From an uncultured Thermoleophilia bacterium (GTDB taxonomy: Bacteria > Actinomycetota > Thermoleophilia > UBA2241), in NCBI GenBank assembly GCA_963702475.1, contig CAVPCT010000001.1, forward strand, positions 160,001 through 224,000: a stretch of 64,000 bases of DNA, written 5' to 3'. Under the pieces are notes generated by a model. It was not told the DNA's origin. It saw nothing but the letters and a program-made list of their open reading frames with translations, and did no database searches. Made by a program: the position numbers and the translations under genes. Positions within the stretch are counted from its first letter, which is position 1. Every line of letters starts with the position of its first letter. Below, in pieces: positions 8,752 through 18,902 of the stretch.

Positions 8752-11700
8752 GTGGCAGTCCCCGCGCGCACCCCCAGGAACGAGACGAGCGACGGCGCGC
8801 CGTGCGCCGCCGGCTCGGGCGCCCTGTTCGCCGGCGTCGACATCGGCAAGGTCACGACCTGCCTTGCGCTCGTCGAGCGCACGGCTGCGGGCGGGCTCGA
8901 GGTCGTCGCCACCCACGCCGAGCGGCACCTGGGTGAGCCGCTGGCGCCCTTCGTGCGCTGGTACCGGACGCTCGATCACGGGCGGCTCGCCGGTCTCGCG
9001 GCCACCGGCGTCTACGGCGACCGGCTGGGCGGGCCTGCCCTCGGGGGCGTGCCGGAGGAGATCGCCCAGGAGACCGCCGCCGCCTGGTTCTACCCGGAGG
9101 GGCCGCTCAACGTGGTACGCGTGGGCGGCGGCGGCTACTCGGTGCTCACCCGGGACGCCCGCGGGCTCGTGGGCTACGAGGCCAACGAGCGCTGCTCCGC
9201 CGGCACGGGCGAGACTGTGGAGGGTCTCTGCACGCGGCTCGGCCGCGGTCTCGAGGAGGCCGTCGCGGCGGCCGAGGCCAGCCCCGACGGTGTCACCGTG
9301 ACCAGCCGCTGTGCCGTGTTCGCCAAGAGCGAGCTGACGCACTTCGCCAACCAGGGTGAGCCGCACGGCCGCATCTTCAAGGGCCTGTTCGCCGGCGTGG
9401 CCCGCAACGTGCACAGCCTGTACGACAAGAGCAAGGTCGACGGCCCCGTCGTCCTCGTGGGACACGGCGCCCTCATCGGTCCCGTCGCGAGCGGCATCGC
9501 CGAGCTGAGCGAGGCGCCGGTGACGGTAGCGCCGGAGGCCGGCGTGTTCGAGGCGCTGGGGGCGGCGGCGTTCGCCGCCGCGGCGGCGCCGGTCACACTT
9601 CCGGCCGACCCGGCCGCGCTCGTGCGGCCGGCGCGGTCGCGGATCGCGCGTCTCGAGCCGGCCGTCGCCGGGCCGGGCAGCGTGCACCGGCTCCACGACG
9701 CCGTCGCGGCCGGGGCCGGTGACGAGGAGGCGCTCGCACGGCCGGCCGTGCTCGGCCTGGACCTCGGTTCGACCGGGTCGAAGGCGGCCCTGCTCGACCT
9801 GGAGACCGGCGCCACCTTGGCCAGCGTCTACAGGCGCACGGAGGGCAATCCGGTGGAGGCGGCACAGGCGCTGGTCGCCGAGGTCGGCGAGCGGCACCCG
9901 GCACCGGTGGTGGGCGTCGGCGTCACCGGCTCGGGGCGCGACGCGGCGGCGGCTGTGTTCCGCGCGGCCTTCCCCGATCTCGGAGACCGTCTCACCGTGG
10001 AGAACGAGATCGTCGCGCACGCCGTCGCCGCCGCCCGGTTCGACCCGGACGGCGGTCGCAGCCTGTCCATCGTCGAGATCGGCGGCCAGGACGCCAAGTT
10101 CATCAACGTCGAGGGTGGCCGCGTGGTGGACGCCGACATGAACCGCGTGTGCAGCGCCGGCACCGGCTCGTTCCTGGAGGAGCAGGCGCAGGCCCACGGC
10201 GTGGACGACATCGTGGAGTTCGGCCGCCTCGCCGCCCTGAGTGACGGACCTCCGGACCTGGGCCAGACGTGTACCGTGTTCGTGGCCGACGTGGCCACGG
10301 AGGCGCTGAACGACGGGTACTCGCGCGAGGACATCTTCGCCGGCCTTCAGCACTCGGTGGTGCGCAACTACCGCAGCAGGGTGATGGGGCAGCGGCGCCT
10401 GCTGGACCGGGTCTTCTTCCAGGGCAAGCCGGCCACCGACCCGGCCCTGGCGCGGACGGTCGCCGCCGTCCTCGAGCGCGAGGTGTACGTGCCGGCCGAC
10501 CCGGGCGCCATGGGCGCCGTGGGTATCGCTCTGCTGGTGGCCGCCGCGCTGCAGCGGGACGTGGCTGACGGTGTCGCCGGCGAGCCACTCGCCGCCGTCG
10601 ACCTGCGGCGCCTGCTCGAGGCAACGGTCGCGGGGCGCCGTGAGTTCCAGTGCCGCGACCGCGACTGCAGCAACGCGTGCCATCTGGAAGTGGCCGAGAT
10701 CGACGTGCTCGGCGAACGGCGCAAGGTGGTGAGCGGCGGCCAGTGTCCCAAGTACGATGACGTCTCGCCGGCCGCCGAGAAGCTGCCGCGCGAGGCGCCC
10801 AACCCGTACCGCGAGCGCGAGGAGCTGCTTCGGGGTCTCCTCGATGAAGAGAAGGGGCGGGCCGTACCGGCCGGCCTCGTGCTCGGCCTTCCGTACGCGC
10901 ACTACCTCATCGACACGCTGCCGTTCTTCCACACGCTGCTGCGACGTCTGGGTCACGACGTACGGGTCCTTCGGCCGGGTCCGGGTACCCTGGCCGAGGG
11001 CGACCGGCTTTGCGCGGCGCCCGGCGCCTGCGCGCCGGTCAAGCTGCTGCACGGCTTGGCGGGGACCGGGGTGGACGTGTTCGTGACGCCGCTCTTCGTG
11101 CACCTTCCCGTGCCCAACGCCGGCGACGTGACGTACACGTGCCCGATGGCGCAGGGCGCCCCGGACATGGTGGCGCGTGCCCTCGCCGCGGAGGGCTCGC
11201 CGGTGCGTGTTCTGCGGCCGGTGCTCTTCGAGAAGGAGGGCGAGGACTTCGCGGGCGACCGTGCCCGCCGCGCACTGCGGCACGCGGTCGATGCGCTGGC
11301 GGAAGTGGCCGGGCGCGCGCCGGCACCGGCCGGTGCGTTCGCGCGGGCCTACGACGCCGCACTGCACGCGCAACGGCGCTTCGAGGCCGGGTTGCGGAGC
11401 ATCGGCTCGCGCGCTCTGGCGTGGGCGCGTGAGCACGACTACCCCGTGGTGCTTGTGGCCGGCGAGACGCACGTCATCCACGACGAGGTGCTGGACGCCG
11501 GCATCCACGAGCTCGCGGCGGCCAACGGCGCCCTGCCGCTGCCGGTGGACTGCTACCCGGTGCCGGCGGAGGTACCGGGCCTGCGTCGCGTGCACTGGGC
11601 CAGCGCCGGCCAGACGCTCCGCGCGACCGCGGCCGGCGCGCTGACCGGCGATGTGTACCCCCTGCTGCTCGGCGCCTACGGCTGCGGCCCCAACTCCATG

Positions 11701-13218
11701 ATCGAGCACCTGTTCGCCGACCTGGTCGACGACTGGCCGCACGCCGTGCTCGAGAGTGACGGGCACGGTGGCAAGGCCGGCTACGTGACGCGCGTGCAGG
11801 CGTTCCTGCACAGCGTGCGCGCCTGGCGGGCGGCGCACCCGCGCGGCAGCGGCCCGGCCGCCCTCCCGGAGGCGCGTCTGGAGCGCTTCGACCGGCCGTT
11901 GCCGCACAGTCTCGACGCCGGCTACGACCGCTTCTACTTCGGCCACGTCGGCGGCGGGCTGGGCGAGCACCTCGCCGCGGCCATGCGCGGCGCCGGGTTC
12001 GACGCCTCCTACGTCGGGGAGCCGGATGCGGCGGCGCTGCGCGCCGCCGGCGCCGCCTGTTCCGGCAAGGAGTGCCTGCCGTACCAGCTCATCTGGGGCA
12101 GCTTCGTCCGCTTCCTCGACCGCGAGGCGCAGCGGTTCGAGGGCCGGCGCGCCCTGTTCCTGAGCGCCGGCAACGGCTTCCAGGCCTGCCGCGCCAACAT
12201 CTTCCCGTACACCGTGCAGATGTCGCTGGAGCGCCTCGGCCTTGGCGACCGCGTCGAGGTCGCCGATTTCAGCCTGGTCACCGGCAACGTGCGCATGATG
12301 CCCGTCGTGTGGATCGCCCTGGTCGCGGTCGACCTGCTCAACATGCTGCGCTTCTACCACCTCGCCACGGAACGTGTGCGCGGCGACTCCGACGCGCTGT
12401 TCGAGCAGTACTCCGCGCGGCTGGTGGCGATGCTGGAGCAGCCGCGCCCCGACAAGGGGGCCGCAGGCAACGTCGCCGGGGCCTTCGCCTTCTGCGCCGA
12501 GGTCGAGGAGCTGCTGCACGAGGCCGCGCGTCGCTTCGGGGGCGAGCCCGGCGACCGGGCGCTCGCCCGCGAACTGCGCGACGTGTACCTGTGCGGTGAC
12601 CTGTACCTGCGCGTGGACGAGTGGGGCAACGACGACCTGCAGCGCAAGCTCTCGGACCAGGGCCTGCGTCCCATCTTCGAGCCCTACGGCGCCTTCTTCG
12701 AGCTGCTGCAGCTCCGCCAGATCCAGGACGGCGTGCGCCTCAGGAAGCTGCCTGAGAAGGAGCTCACGCTCCTGACCATGCGGTACGTCGTCGGGCGCCT
12801 GGTCAAGGCGGTGCGAGCGGACCATCCCTGGGTCTTCTGGAACGACGTGCGCGAAGTCGACCGCGAGAGCCGCCGCCTGGTCGCGCCCTACCCGTTCGGC
12901 GAGACGATCCCGGCGGTCGGCGGGGCGCTGCTGACCTGGCGCACGCAGCCCGTGGACGGCGTCGTCTCCGTGGCGCCACGCGGGTGCGGGCCGGCGCTGG
13001 TCGCCGAGGCCCAGCTTCGGCGCGAGGCCGGCCTGCCGGCGCTCTTCATCTACAACGACGGCGACCCCATCGACGAGGCGCGCCTCGCCGGCTTCGCCTG
13101 GCGGCTGCACTCGCGCCCGCCGCGCCGCCGCGGGAACAGCAGCGGCGGTCCGGCGTCCGGCGGCGCCGGCCCGGCGCGCCGCCTCGCCGCCCCGGCGGGC
13201 GCTGCCCGCCGCGCCTGA
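8752..13218 (+). CDS. 2-hydroxyacyl-CoA dehydratase activase-related protein (two BadF/BadG/BcrA/BcrD ATPase domains + DUF2229-like regions)
   Basis: GVDIGKVTT and GLDLGSTGSK, NERCSAGTG and NRVCSAGTGSFLEEQA, CAVFAKS and CTVF, EIGGQDAK, YGCGPNS, SDGHGGKAGYVTRVQAF. Confidence 0.9.
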   Translation: MAVPARTPRNETSDGAPCAAGSGALFAGVDIGKVTTCLALVERTAAGGLEVVATHAERHLGEPLAPFVRWYRTLDHGRLAGLAATGVYGDRLGGPALGGVPEEIAQETAAAWFYPEGPLNVVRVGGGGYSVLTRDARGLVGYEANERCSAGTGETVEGLCTRLGRGLEEAVAAAEASPDGVTVTSRCAVFAKSELTHFANQGEPHGRIFKGLFAGVARNVHSLYDKSKVDGPVVLVGHGALIGPVASGIAELSEAPVTVAPEAGVFEALGAAAFAAAAAPVTLPADPAALVRPARSRIARLEPAVAGPGSVHRLHDAVAAGAGDEEALARPAVLGLDLGSTGSKAALLDLETGATLASVYRRTEGNPVEAAQALVAEVGERHPAPVVGVGVTGSGRDAAAAVFRAAFPDLGDRLTVENEIVAHAVAAARFDPDGGRSLSIVEIGGQDAKFINVEGGRVVDADMNRVCSAGTGSFLEEQAQAHGVDDIVEFGRLAALSDGPPDLGQTCTVFVADVATEALNDGYSREDIFAGLQHSVVRNYRSRVMGQRRLLDRVFFQGKPATDPALARTVAAVLEREVYVPADPGAMGAVGIALLVAAALQRDVADGVAGEPLAAVDLRRLLEATVAGRREFQCRDRDCSNACHLEVAEIDVLGERRKVVSGGQCPKYDDVSPAAEKLPREAPNPYREREELLRGLLDEEKGRAVPAGLVLGLPYAHYLIDTLPFFHTLLRRLGHDVRVLRPGPGTLAEGDRLCAAPGACAPVKLLHGLAGTGVDVFVTPLFVHLPVPNAGDVTYTCPMAQGAPDMVARALAAEGSPVRVLRPVLFEKEGEDFAGDRARRALRHAVDALAEVAGRAPAPAGAFARAYDAALHAQRRFEAGLRSIGSRALAWAREHDYPVVLVAGETHVIHDEVLDAGIHELAAANGALPLPVDCYPVPAEVPGLRRVHWASAGQTLRATAAGALTGDVYPLLLGAYGCGPNSMIEHLFADLVDDWPHAVLESDGHGGKAGYVTRVQAFLHSVRAWRAAHPRGSGPAALPEARLERFDRPLPHSLDAGYDRFYFGHVGGGLGEHLAAAMRGAGFDASYVGEPDAAALRAAGAACSGKECLPYQLIWGSFVRFLDREAQRFEGRRALFLSAGNGFQACRANIFPYTVQMSLERLGLGDRVEVADFSLVTGNVRMMPVVWIALVAVDLLNMLRFYHLATERVRGDSDALFEQYSARLVAMLEQPRPDKGAAGNVAGAFAFCAEVEELLHEAARRFGGEPGDRALARELRDVYLCGDLYLRVDEWGNDDLQRKLSDQGLRPIFEPYGAFFELLQLRQIQDGVRLRKLPEKELTLLTMRYVVGRLVKAVRADHPWVFWNDVREVDRESRRLVAPYPFGETIPAVGGALLTWRTQPVDGVVSVAPRGCGPALVAEAQLRREAGLPALFIYNDGDPIDEARLAGFAWRLHSRPPRRRGNSSGGPASGGAGPARRLAAPAGAARRA

Positions 13219-13258
13219 GCCGTCCCGCCCCGAGCCCTTGACGTCCAGAGGAGGACCA

Positions 13259-14530
13259 GTGGCCGACTACCTGAAGAAGGCGACCCCGCCGGCCCCGGCC
13301 GACGAGCAGGCCGTGCGCGACACGGTGAGCGAGATCCTGCGGCGCGTGCGGGAGGAGGGCCTGGCGGCTGTGCGCGACTACTCGCACCGCTTCGACGGCT
13401 GGGATCCGCCCTCGTTCAGGGTGGATGAGGCCGAGATCACGGCGGCGCGCGACAAGCTCGCCCCCGAGGTCCTGGCATCCCTCGAGTTCGCGCACGCACA
13501 GGTGAGACACTTCGCCGAGCTGCAGCGCGCCAGCATGCTGGAGTTCGAGGAGGAGACGCGCCCGGGGGTCTTTCTCGGCCAGAAGCACATCCCCGTGGGC
13601 AGCGTGGGCGCCTACGTGCCCAGCGGCAAGTACCCGATGCTGATGAGCGCGCAGATGAGCATCCTCACGGCCAAGGTGGCCGGCGTGCCGCGCGTCGTCG
13701 GCTGCGCTCCGCCTTACGGCGGCGCGGGCATCTACCCCGAGGTGCTGTGGTCCATGCACCTGGCCGGTGCGGACGAGATCTGGGCGGTCGGCGGCGTGCA
13801 GGCGCTCGCCATGCTCGCCTACGGCATCGAGGGCCTGGAGCCCGTCGACCTCGTCGCCGGGCCCGGCAACATGTACGTGGCCGAGGCCAAGCGGCAGCTG
13901 TTCGGGACGGTGGGCATCGACCTGCTGGCCGGACCGACCGAGATCCTCATCATCGCCGACCGGTCGGCCGACCCGGTGATCGTCGCAGCGGACCTTCTCG
14001 GCCAGGCGGAGCACGGGCCCACCTCGCCCGCCGTGCTCGTCAGCACCTCTCGAGGGCTGGCTGAGGCGACGCTCGCGGAGCTCGATCGCCAGCTGCCGCT
14101 GCTGCCGTCCGCCGAGGTCATCCGCACGTCGTGGGGGCAGCTCGGCGAGGTGATCGTGGCGTCAGACGGCGACGAGGCGGTCGCGCTGGCCGACCGCTAC
14201 GCGCCGGAGCACCTGGAGGTGCAGACCGCCGACCCTGACTGGTACGGCGAGCGCCTGCGCAACTACGGCACCCTCTGCCTGGGCGAGGAGGCCACCATCG
14301 CGTTCAGCGACAAGGCCATCGGCACCAATCACACCCTGCCGACCGCCGGGGCCGCCCGCTACACCGGCGGCCTCTGGGTCGGCAAGTTCCTCAAGACCGT
14401 CACGTACCAGCGCTGCACCAGGCCCGGCGCCCTGGACATCGCCCCGCACGCCGGCCTGCTCAGCGACGCTGAGCTCATGCCGGGGCACGCAGCCTCGGCC
14501 TACGTGCGCATCGAGAAGTACCGGGACTGA
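13259..14530 (+). CDS. Histidinol dehydrogenase-family paralog (HisD-like/HpsN-related)
   Basis: VGAYVPSG, GPGNMYVAEAK, AGPTE, DLLGQAEHG, PEHLEV and DKAIGTNHTLPT. GGAGGA RBS before the GTG. Confidence 0.9.
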   Translation: MADYLKKATPPAPADEQAVRDTVSEILRRVREEGLAAVRDYSHRFDGWDPPSFRVDEAEITAARDKLAPEVLASLEFAHAQVRHFAELQRASMLEFEEETRPGVFLGQKHIPVGSVGAYVPSGKYPMLMSAQMSILTAKVAGVPRVVGCAPPYGGAGIYPEVLWSMHLAGADEIWAVGGVQALAMLAYGIEGLEPVDLVAGPGNMYVAEAKRQLFGTVGIDLLAGPTEILIIADRSADPVIVAADLLGQAEHGPTSPAVLVSTSRGLAEATLAELDRQLPLLPSAEVIRTSWGQLGEVIVASDGDEAVALADRYAPEHLEVQTADPDWYGERLRNYGTLCLGEEATIAFSDKAIGTNHTLPTAGAARYTGGLWVGKFLKTVTYQRCTRPGALDIAPHAGLLSDAELMPGHAASAYVRIEKYRD

Positions 14531-14540
14531 ATCCGCGCGC

Positions 14541-15821
14541 TCAGGCCCCGGGCGTCAGGGGCGGCTCCGGCTCGAGTCCGCCCGTGTCGTCGGGGACGCT
14601 CGGACCGGTTGCGCGGCGCAGCAGCAGGAACAGTGCCGCGCCGAGGAGTCCGCAGGCCCCGACCAGCGCGAAGGCCACGCGGCCGCCGAGGGCGTCGAGC
14701 ACGGCGCCGCCGATGAGGGGCCCCAGGGCGTAGCCGCCCATGTACACCAGCGTCCAGGCGCCCATGTACCGGCCACGCAGGTCCGCCGGCGCCAGGTGGG
14801 CGACCACCGCGGCCGCGATGGGGATGAACAGCACCAGCCCCACGGCCACGGCGATCATGCAGGCAAAGGTCCACGGCCACGGGACGAACGCGGCCGTGCC
14901 GACGCCGGCGCCCAGGCAGAGGCTCGCCAGCGCCAGAGAGACGAGCCGATCCCGCTTTCTCAGGGCCCGGATCAACGGGTACTGGAGCGCTGTCAGGACA
15001 ACGCCGTATGCGACGAGCAGCATGCCCCAGGCTTCGGCCGAGACCCCCTGCACGTCACCGAGCATGATGGGCATGGTCACCCAGATCTGCCCGAAGACGT
15101 ACAGCGGCAGCAGCGCCGCGAGGCAGAACCACAGCAGGCGCCGGTCGCGCAGCACCCTGCCGTACCCGTGCAACGAGCGCACGAGAGAGTCCGAGTGTCC
15201 GGCGCCCGGCCGCGTCTCGGTGAATCGGGTCAGGATCAGCACCAGGAACGCGGCGATGATGACGCCGCCCGTGAGGAAGGCCAGGCGGAAGCTGGGATCG
15301 GCTGCGAGCAGCGGCGCCGCGAGGAGTGGGCCGACGGTGATGCCGGCGTTCATGGCTACCCGAAGGATGCTGTAGGCCTCGTCGCGCCTGCCGACGGGCG
15401 CGAGGTCCGCGACCATGGCGTTCGTGGACGTGATGAACAGCGCCCAGCCGCAGGCCGCCTCGAAGGCGATGAGGGCGACAACCAGCCACAGCTGCGTGGT
15501 GAGCCCGAGTCCGATCAGGAGGCAGGTGGCGCTGAAGATCGAGAGGGCGAGGACGGGGCGGCGTCCGAAGCGGTCGACGGCCGCGCCGCCGGCGATCTGC
15601 AGCGGCAGGCCGGCGAGCAGGGACAGGCCGATGACGAGACCGACGGTCGTGGTGGAGAGGCCAAGACGCTGGTTCAGGTAGACGGTCTGGAAGGGATAGC
15701 ACGTGTTGTACCCGACCAGGAAGACGCACGCCCCCGCAGTCAGCAACCAGAACTGGCGCGGCAGGCCGCGCCGCCGGGCGCGGACCCCGGTCCTCGTGTG
15801 CTCGCTCAGTTGTGCTCCCAC
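14541..15821 (-). CDS. MFS transporter
   Basis: About 12 hydrophobic segments; motif A GAAVDRFGRRPVL; LRGRYMG. Confidence 0.9.
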   Translation of the reverse strand: MGAQLSEHTRTGVRARRRGLPRQFWLLTAGACVFLVGYNTCYPFQTVYLNQRLGLSTTTVGLVIGLSLLAGLPLQIAGGAAVDRFGRRPVLALSIFSATCLLIGLGLTTQLWLVVALIAFEAACGWALFITSTNAMVADLAPVGRRDEAYSILRVAMNAGITVGPLLAAPLLAADPSFRLAFLTGGVIIAAFLVLILTRFTETRPGAGHSDSLVRSLHGYGRVLRDRRLLWFCLAALLPLYVFGQIWVTMPIMLGDVQGVSAEAWGMLLVAYGVVLTALQYPLIRALRKRDRLVSLALASLCLGAGVGTAAFVPWPWTFACMIAVAVGLVLFIPIAAAVVAHLAPADLRGRYMGAWTLVYMGGYALGPLIGGAVLDALGGRVAFALVGACGLLGAALFLLLRRATGPSVPDDTGGLEPEPPLTPGA

Positions 15822-15955
15822 CTCCGCTGCGGACTCTACAGTCCCCCGGCTCGCACCTCACCCGCCGGGGCCGCCGGTCCACGACGGCGGACGGTGTTCG
15901 CGCGGCAGGTGTCGCGGGAAGGCTGCTCGAAGGAGCCGCACCCCGAGGAGGCCGC

Positions 15956-16900
15956 ATGAGCAGTACGTCGCCGCGCCGCGTGGAGCGAGTCGTGGAACCG
16001 CAGCCGGTGTTGGAGGGCGCCGGAGTGCGCCTGCGGCGCAGCATCGCCGGCGCGGCACTCGATTACCTGGACCCGTTCCTGCTGCTCGATCACTTCCAGT
16101 CGGACGAGCCGTCCGACTACCTCGCGGGTTTCCCGTGGCACCCGCATCGCGGTATCGAGACCGTCACGTACATGCTGGCCGGCGAGGTCGACCACCGCGA
16201 CAGCATCGGCAACGCCGGCGCCATCGGCCCGGGCGACGTGCAGTGGATGACCGCCGGCGGCGGCATCATGCACGAGGAGATGCCGCGGCCGGGCGCCGAT
16301 CGGCGGATGGGCGGCTTCCAGCTCTGGGTGAACCTGCCGGCCTCGCTGAAGATGACGAAGCCGCGCTACCAGGATCTGCCGTCGGCGAGCATCCCTGAGG
16401 TGCGTCGCGACGACGGCACTGTGGTGCGCGTGATCGCCGGCGAGGTGGACGGGGTCAGGGGTGCCGTCACGGAGATCTTCGCCGAGCCCGAGTACCTCGA
16501 CGTGACGCTGCCCGCCGGCGCGCACTTCGTCCAGCCGGTGCCGCGTGGTCACGCCGCCTTCGCCTACGTGTTCGAGGGCGAGGGCGCCTTCGGCGTGAGC
16601 GCCGATCTGGGCTACCGCGGCGAGCTGGACGGCGTGCTGCTCGCCGCCCCGCACCTGGCCGTCTTCGGTGACGGCGACGAGGTGCGCGTGGAGGCCGACG
16701 GCGGCCCGCTGCGGTTCCTCCTTGTCAGCGGCCGTCCGCTCGGCGAGCCCATCGCGCGCTACGGCCCCTTCGTGATGAACACGCGGGAGGAGCTGCAGCT
16801 CGCACTGCGTGACCTGCAGGACGACACCTTCGTGTGGCGCGACGACGCGGCTTGGGCGCGGCGCCGCGCGACCTGGTCGCCGGACGCATCCGCGCCCTGA
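15956..16900 (+). CDS. Pirin family protein
   Basis: DPFLLLDHF, GFPWHPHRGIETVTY, QWMTAGGGIMHEE, FQLWVNLP and YGPFVMNT. Confidence 0.95.
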   Translation: MSSTSPRRVERVVEPQPVLEGAGVRLRRSIAGAALDYLDPFLLLDHFQSDEPSDYLAGFPWHPHRGIETVTYMLAGEVDHRDSIGNAGAIGPGDVQWMTAGGGIMHEEMPRPGADRRMGGFQLWVNLPASLKMTKPRYQDLPSASIPEVRRDDGTVVRVIAGEVDGVRGAVTEIFAEPEYLDVTLPAGAHFVQPVPRGHAAFAYVFEGEGAFGVSADLGYRGELDGVLLAAPHLAVFGDGDEVRVEADGGPLRFLLVSGRPLGEPIARYGPFVMNTREELQLALRDLQDDTFVWRDDAAWARRRATWSPDASAP

Positions 16901-16927
16901 CGGATCGCCCCGGCCGCCGTTCCGAGC

Positions 16928-17755
16928 CTACGCGCTCAGCCGAAGCGTCGCCGCGACCGGCCAGTGGTCCGAGGGCAGGCCTTCCGCCGGCGTCCGCTGG
17001 ACCACGCGCGCGTCCAGCACCTCCCATTCCGGCGTGACGAGCACGTAGTCGATACGCGTGCCGTCGGCGGCGCCGTCCCACCCGTGGTGCGTGCCGGCGC
17101 CGGACCCGCGCTCGCCGGCGCCGGCCAGCGTGTCGCGCAGCCCCCCGGCGACCAGGGCCTTCACGGCCGGGTCGCCGGCCGTCGCGTTGAGGTCGCCGAG
17201 CACGATCCACGGCAGCTGCGGGTCGAGCCGATCGAGCAGGGCGCCGGCGCTGCGCAGTCGCGATGCCGCCGATGCCCCGTCCCAATGCGTGTCGGCCACA
17301 CCGAAGCGCCGGCCGCTGTCGAGGTCGGTGAACCGGCACAGGGTGACGATGCGCGTCGTCGGGTTGCCCCAGCTGCGCGACCCGGGGGTGGCCGGCGTAG
17401 CGGAGAGCCAGCGTACCGTCCATGAGTCCACACGCAGGCGCGCCGGCCTGTACAGCACGCTGCAGCGCTCGCCGCGCCCACGCCCGTCGTCGCGGCCCGC
17501 GCCCACGGCCGCGTAGCCGTGCAGACGGCGCGTGAGGTAGCGCTGCTGGAAGCCGTGGACCTCCTGCAGGCCCACGACCTCGGCGTGCAGGGCGTCGACG
17601 GCGGCCGCCGCGGCGCGACGCCGGAGGGGCCACGAATGGCGCCCGTCCCAAGCCAGGCCGTGGCGGAGGTTGAAGCTGGCGGCGACGAGGGCGGCGGTCC
17701 CTTGGTGCAGACCGTCGCCCTCGTCGCCCCCCGTGTCGTTGCCGCCGGCCTTCAC
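16928..17755 (-). CDS. Endonuclease/exonuclease/phosphatase family protein
   Basis: SFNLR, VVGLQE, DTHWD, LGDLNA, RIDYVLV and SDHWPV. Confidence 0.9.
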   Translation of the reverse strand: MKAGGNDTGGDEGDGLHQGTAALVAASFNLRHGLAWDGRHSWPLRRRAAAAAVDALHAEVVGLQEVHGFQQRYLTRRLHGYAAVGAGRDDGRGRGERCSVLYRPARLRVDSWTVRWLSATPATPGSRSWGNPTTRIVTLCRFTDLDSGRRFGVADTHWDGASAASRLRSAGALLDRLDPQLPWIVLGDLNATAGDPAVKALVAGGLRDTLAGAGERGSGAGTHHGWDGAADGTRIDYVLVTPEWEVLDARVVQRTPAEGLPSDHWPVAATLRLSA

Positions 17756-18189
17756 GCCGGGAACATGTCGGCCTTGGTGGCCGCGTCCTCGTAGCCCTTG
17801 GCGAGGTGGTCACTGGGTCGCTCGTGGCGCCGGCGTTCCTCGCGGGACTTCATCTCACGGAGCTCGTTCGCCGTGGGCTTGCCGTAATCGTGTCCGCCGC
17901 GCTCGACGTAGTCCTTGAAGACGACGAGGTCCCGGGCCATGTTCTGCTCCACGATGTCGGGAGACGGTTGTCCTGCGCCGTCGGTCTCGAAGGCGAACTC
18001 CACGATGGTGTGCGCGCCTTCACCGGGGGCGAACGAGACCATGCCGGCCTGGACGGCGTCGATGCAGACGAGCTCGTCGCACGCCAGGTGGTGCTGACCA
18101 TGGCGTACGGAGCGGACGAAATGCGACCAGGTGGCCTCGGTCACGGAGGGTGGTGCTTCGACCTCTATGCGGCGACGCAGCGTTGCCAT
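17752..18189 (-). CDS. Hypothetical protein, SRPBCC/cyclase-like stress protein
   Basis: RRRIEVEAPPS..W N-terminus and DLVVFKDYVE helix resemble SRPBCC proteins. Good RBS. Confidence 0.6.
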   Translation of the reverse strand: MATLRRRIEVEAPPSVTEATWSHFVRSVRHGQHHLACDELVCIDAVQAGMVSFAPGEGAHTIVEFAFETDGAGQPSPDIVEQNMARDLVVFKDYVERGGHDYGKPTANELREMKSREERRRHERPSDHLAKGYEDAATKADMFPA

Positions 18190-18227
18190 CTGAGGCCCCC
18201 TTCCTGCCTGTAGGGTACGCCGCGTAG

Positions 18228-18254
18228 GTACCCGGGCGCCGGAGACGGGGAAAC
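18228..18254 (-). promoter_or_regulatory. SigB/SigF-type promoter GTTT-N17-GGGTAC
   Basis: Matches the general-stress sigma factor consensus, upstream of the 17752-18189 gene. Confidence 0.6.
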
Positions 18255-18380
18255 GTCGCGCCGCTTTTCACAACCTGCGACCCGTGGAGCAGGCGAGAGG
18301 GGGCGGTGGCCGCGAGGTCACCGCCCCCTCTCGCTGCGCTCACCCGCGACCTGTCGGCGCCCGAGGCGCGGGCAGGTCTC

Positions 18381-18902
18381 TCAGGCCTGTTCCTGCGCCT
18401 CCAGCTCCCCGGCCGCCTGGGCGATCGCCTCCTTGAGGACGCCTTTGTCCATCTCGACCTCGAGCGAGGCGTAACGCTTCGCCCGCGAAAGCGCCGACTC
18501 GATGTACGACTGAAGCACCGATTCGCCCACGATGAGCAGCGCCGCCTGGCCTTCGTCAAGCAGGTCGCCGAGCTCCTTGACGTCGTGTCGCGACATGCCC
18601 TTCCAGAAGTGGCCGATCAGCCCGCCGACGACGCCGCCGACCGCCGCCGTGACCGGCACCGACGGCGGGAAGAGGATGCCGAGGGCAGCACCGGCGGCGA
18701 CGCCCGTCCACGCCGCATGCTGTGTGGGCTTCTCGTACTTGGACACGTGCACCCAGCCGCGGTCGCTCTTGGCGACCACGGCCGCGTCGTAGGTGCCCAG
18801 CTCGTGGTCGCGGTGCAGCTGCTTCACGTCCCGGAAGTCGTCGCGCGCCGCCTCCTCGGTGTCGTACACGGCCAGGAACAGGTATACGGGTTCGTCTGCC
18901 AT
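18381..18902 (-). CDS. DUF1269-family membrane protein
   Basis: YDAAVVAK, Gly-rich hydrophobic hairpin GVAAGAALGILF..GGVVGGLIG, LDEGQAALLIVG. Confidence 0.8.
   Translation of the reverse strand: MADEPVYLFLAVYDTEEAARDDFRDVKQLHRDHELGTYDAAVVAKSDRGWVHVSKYEKPTQHAAWTGVAAGAALGILFPPSVPVTAAVGGVVGGLIGHFWKGMSRHDVKELGDLLDEGQAALLIVGESVLQSYIESALSRAKRYASLEVEMDKGVLKEAIAQAAGELEAQEQA

Noticed and set aside
8053-13110. 1685-aa minus-strand ORF and other long antisense or alternate-frame ORFs (164-1999, 50197-53304, 24965-27184, 55996-58170)
   Set aside because: Shadow ORFs of real genes, expected from the scarcity of stop codons in high-GC DNA; they have no recognisable motifs.
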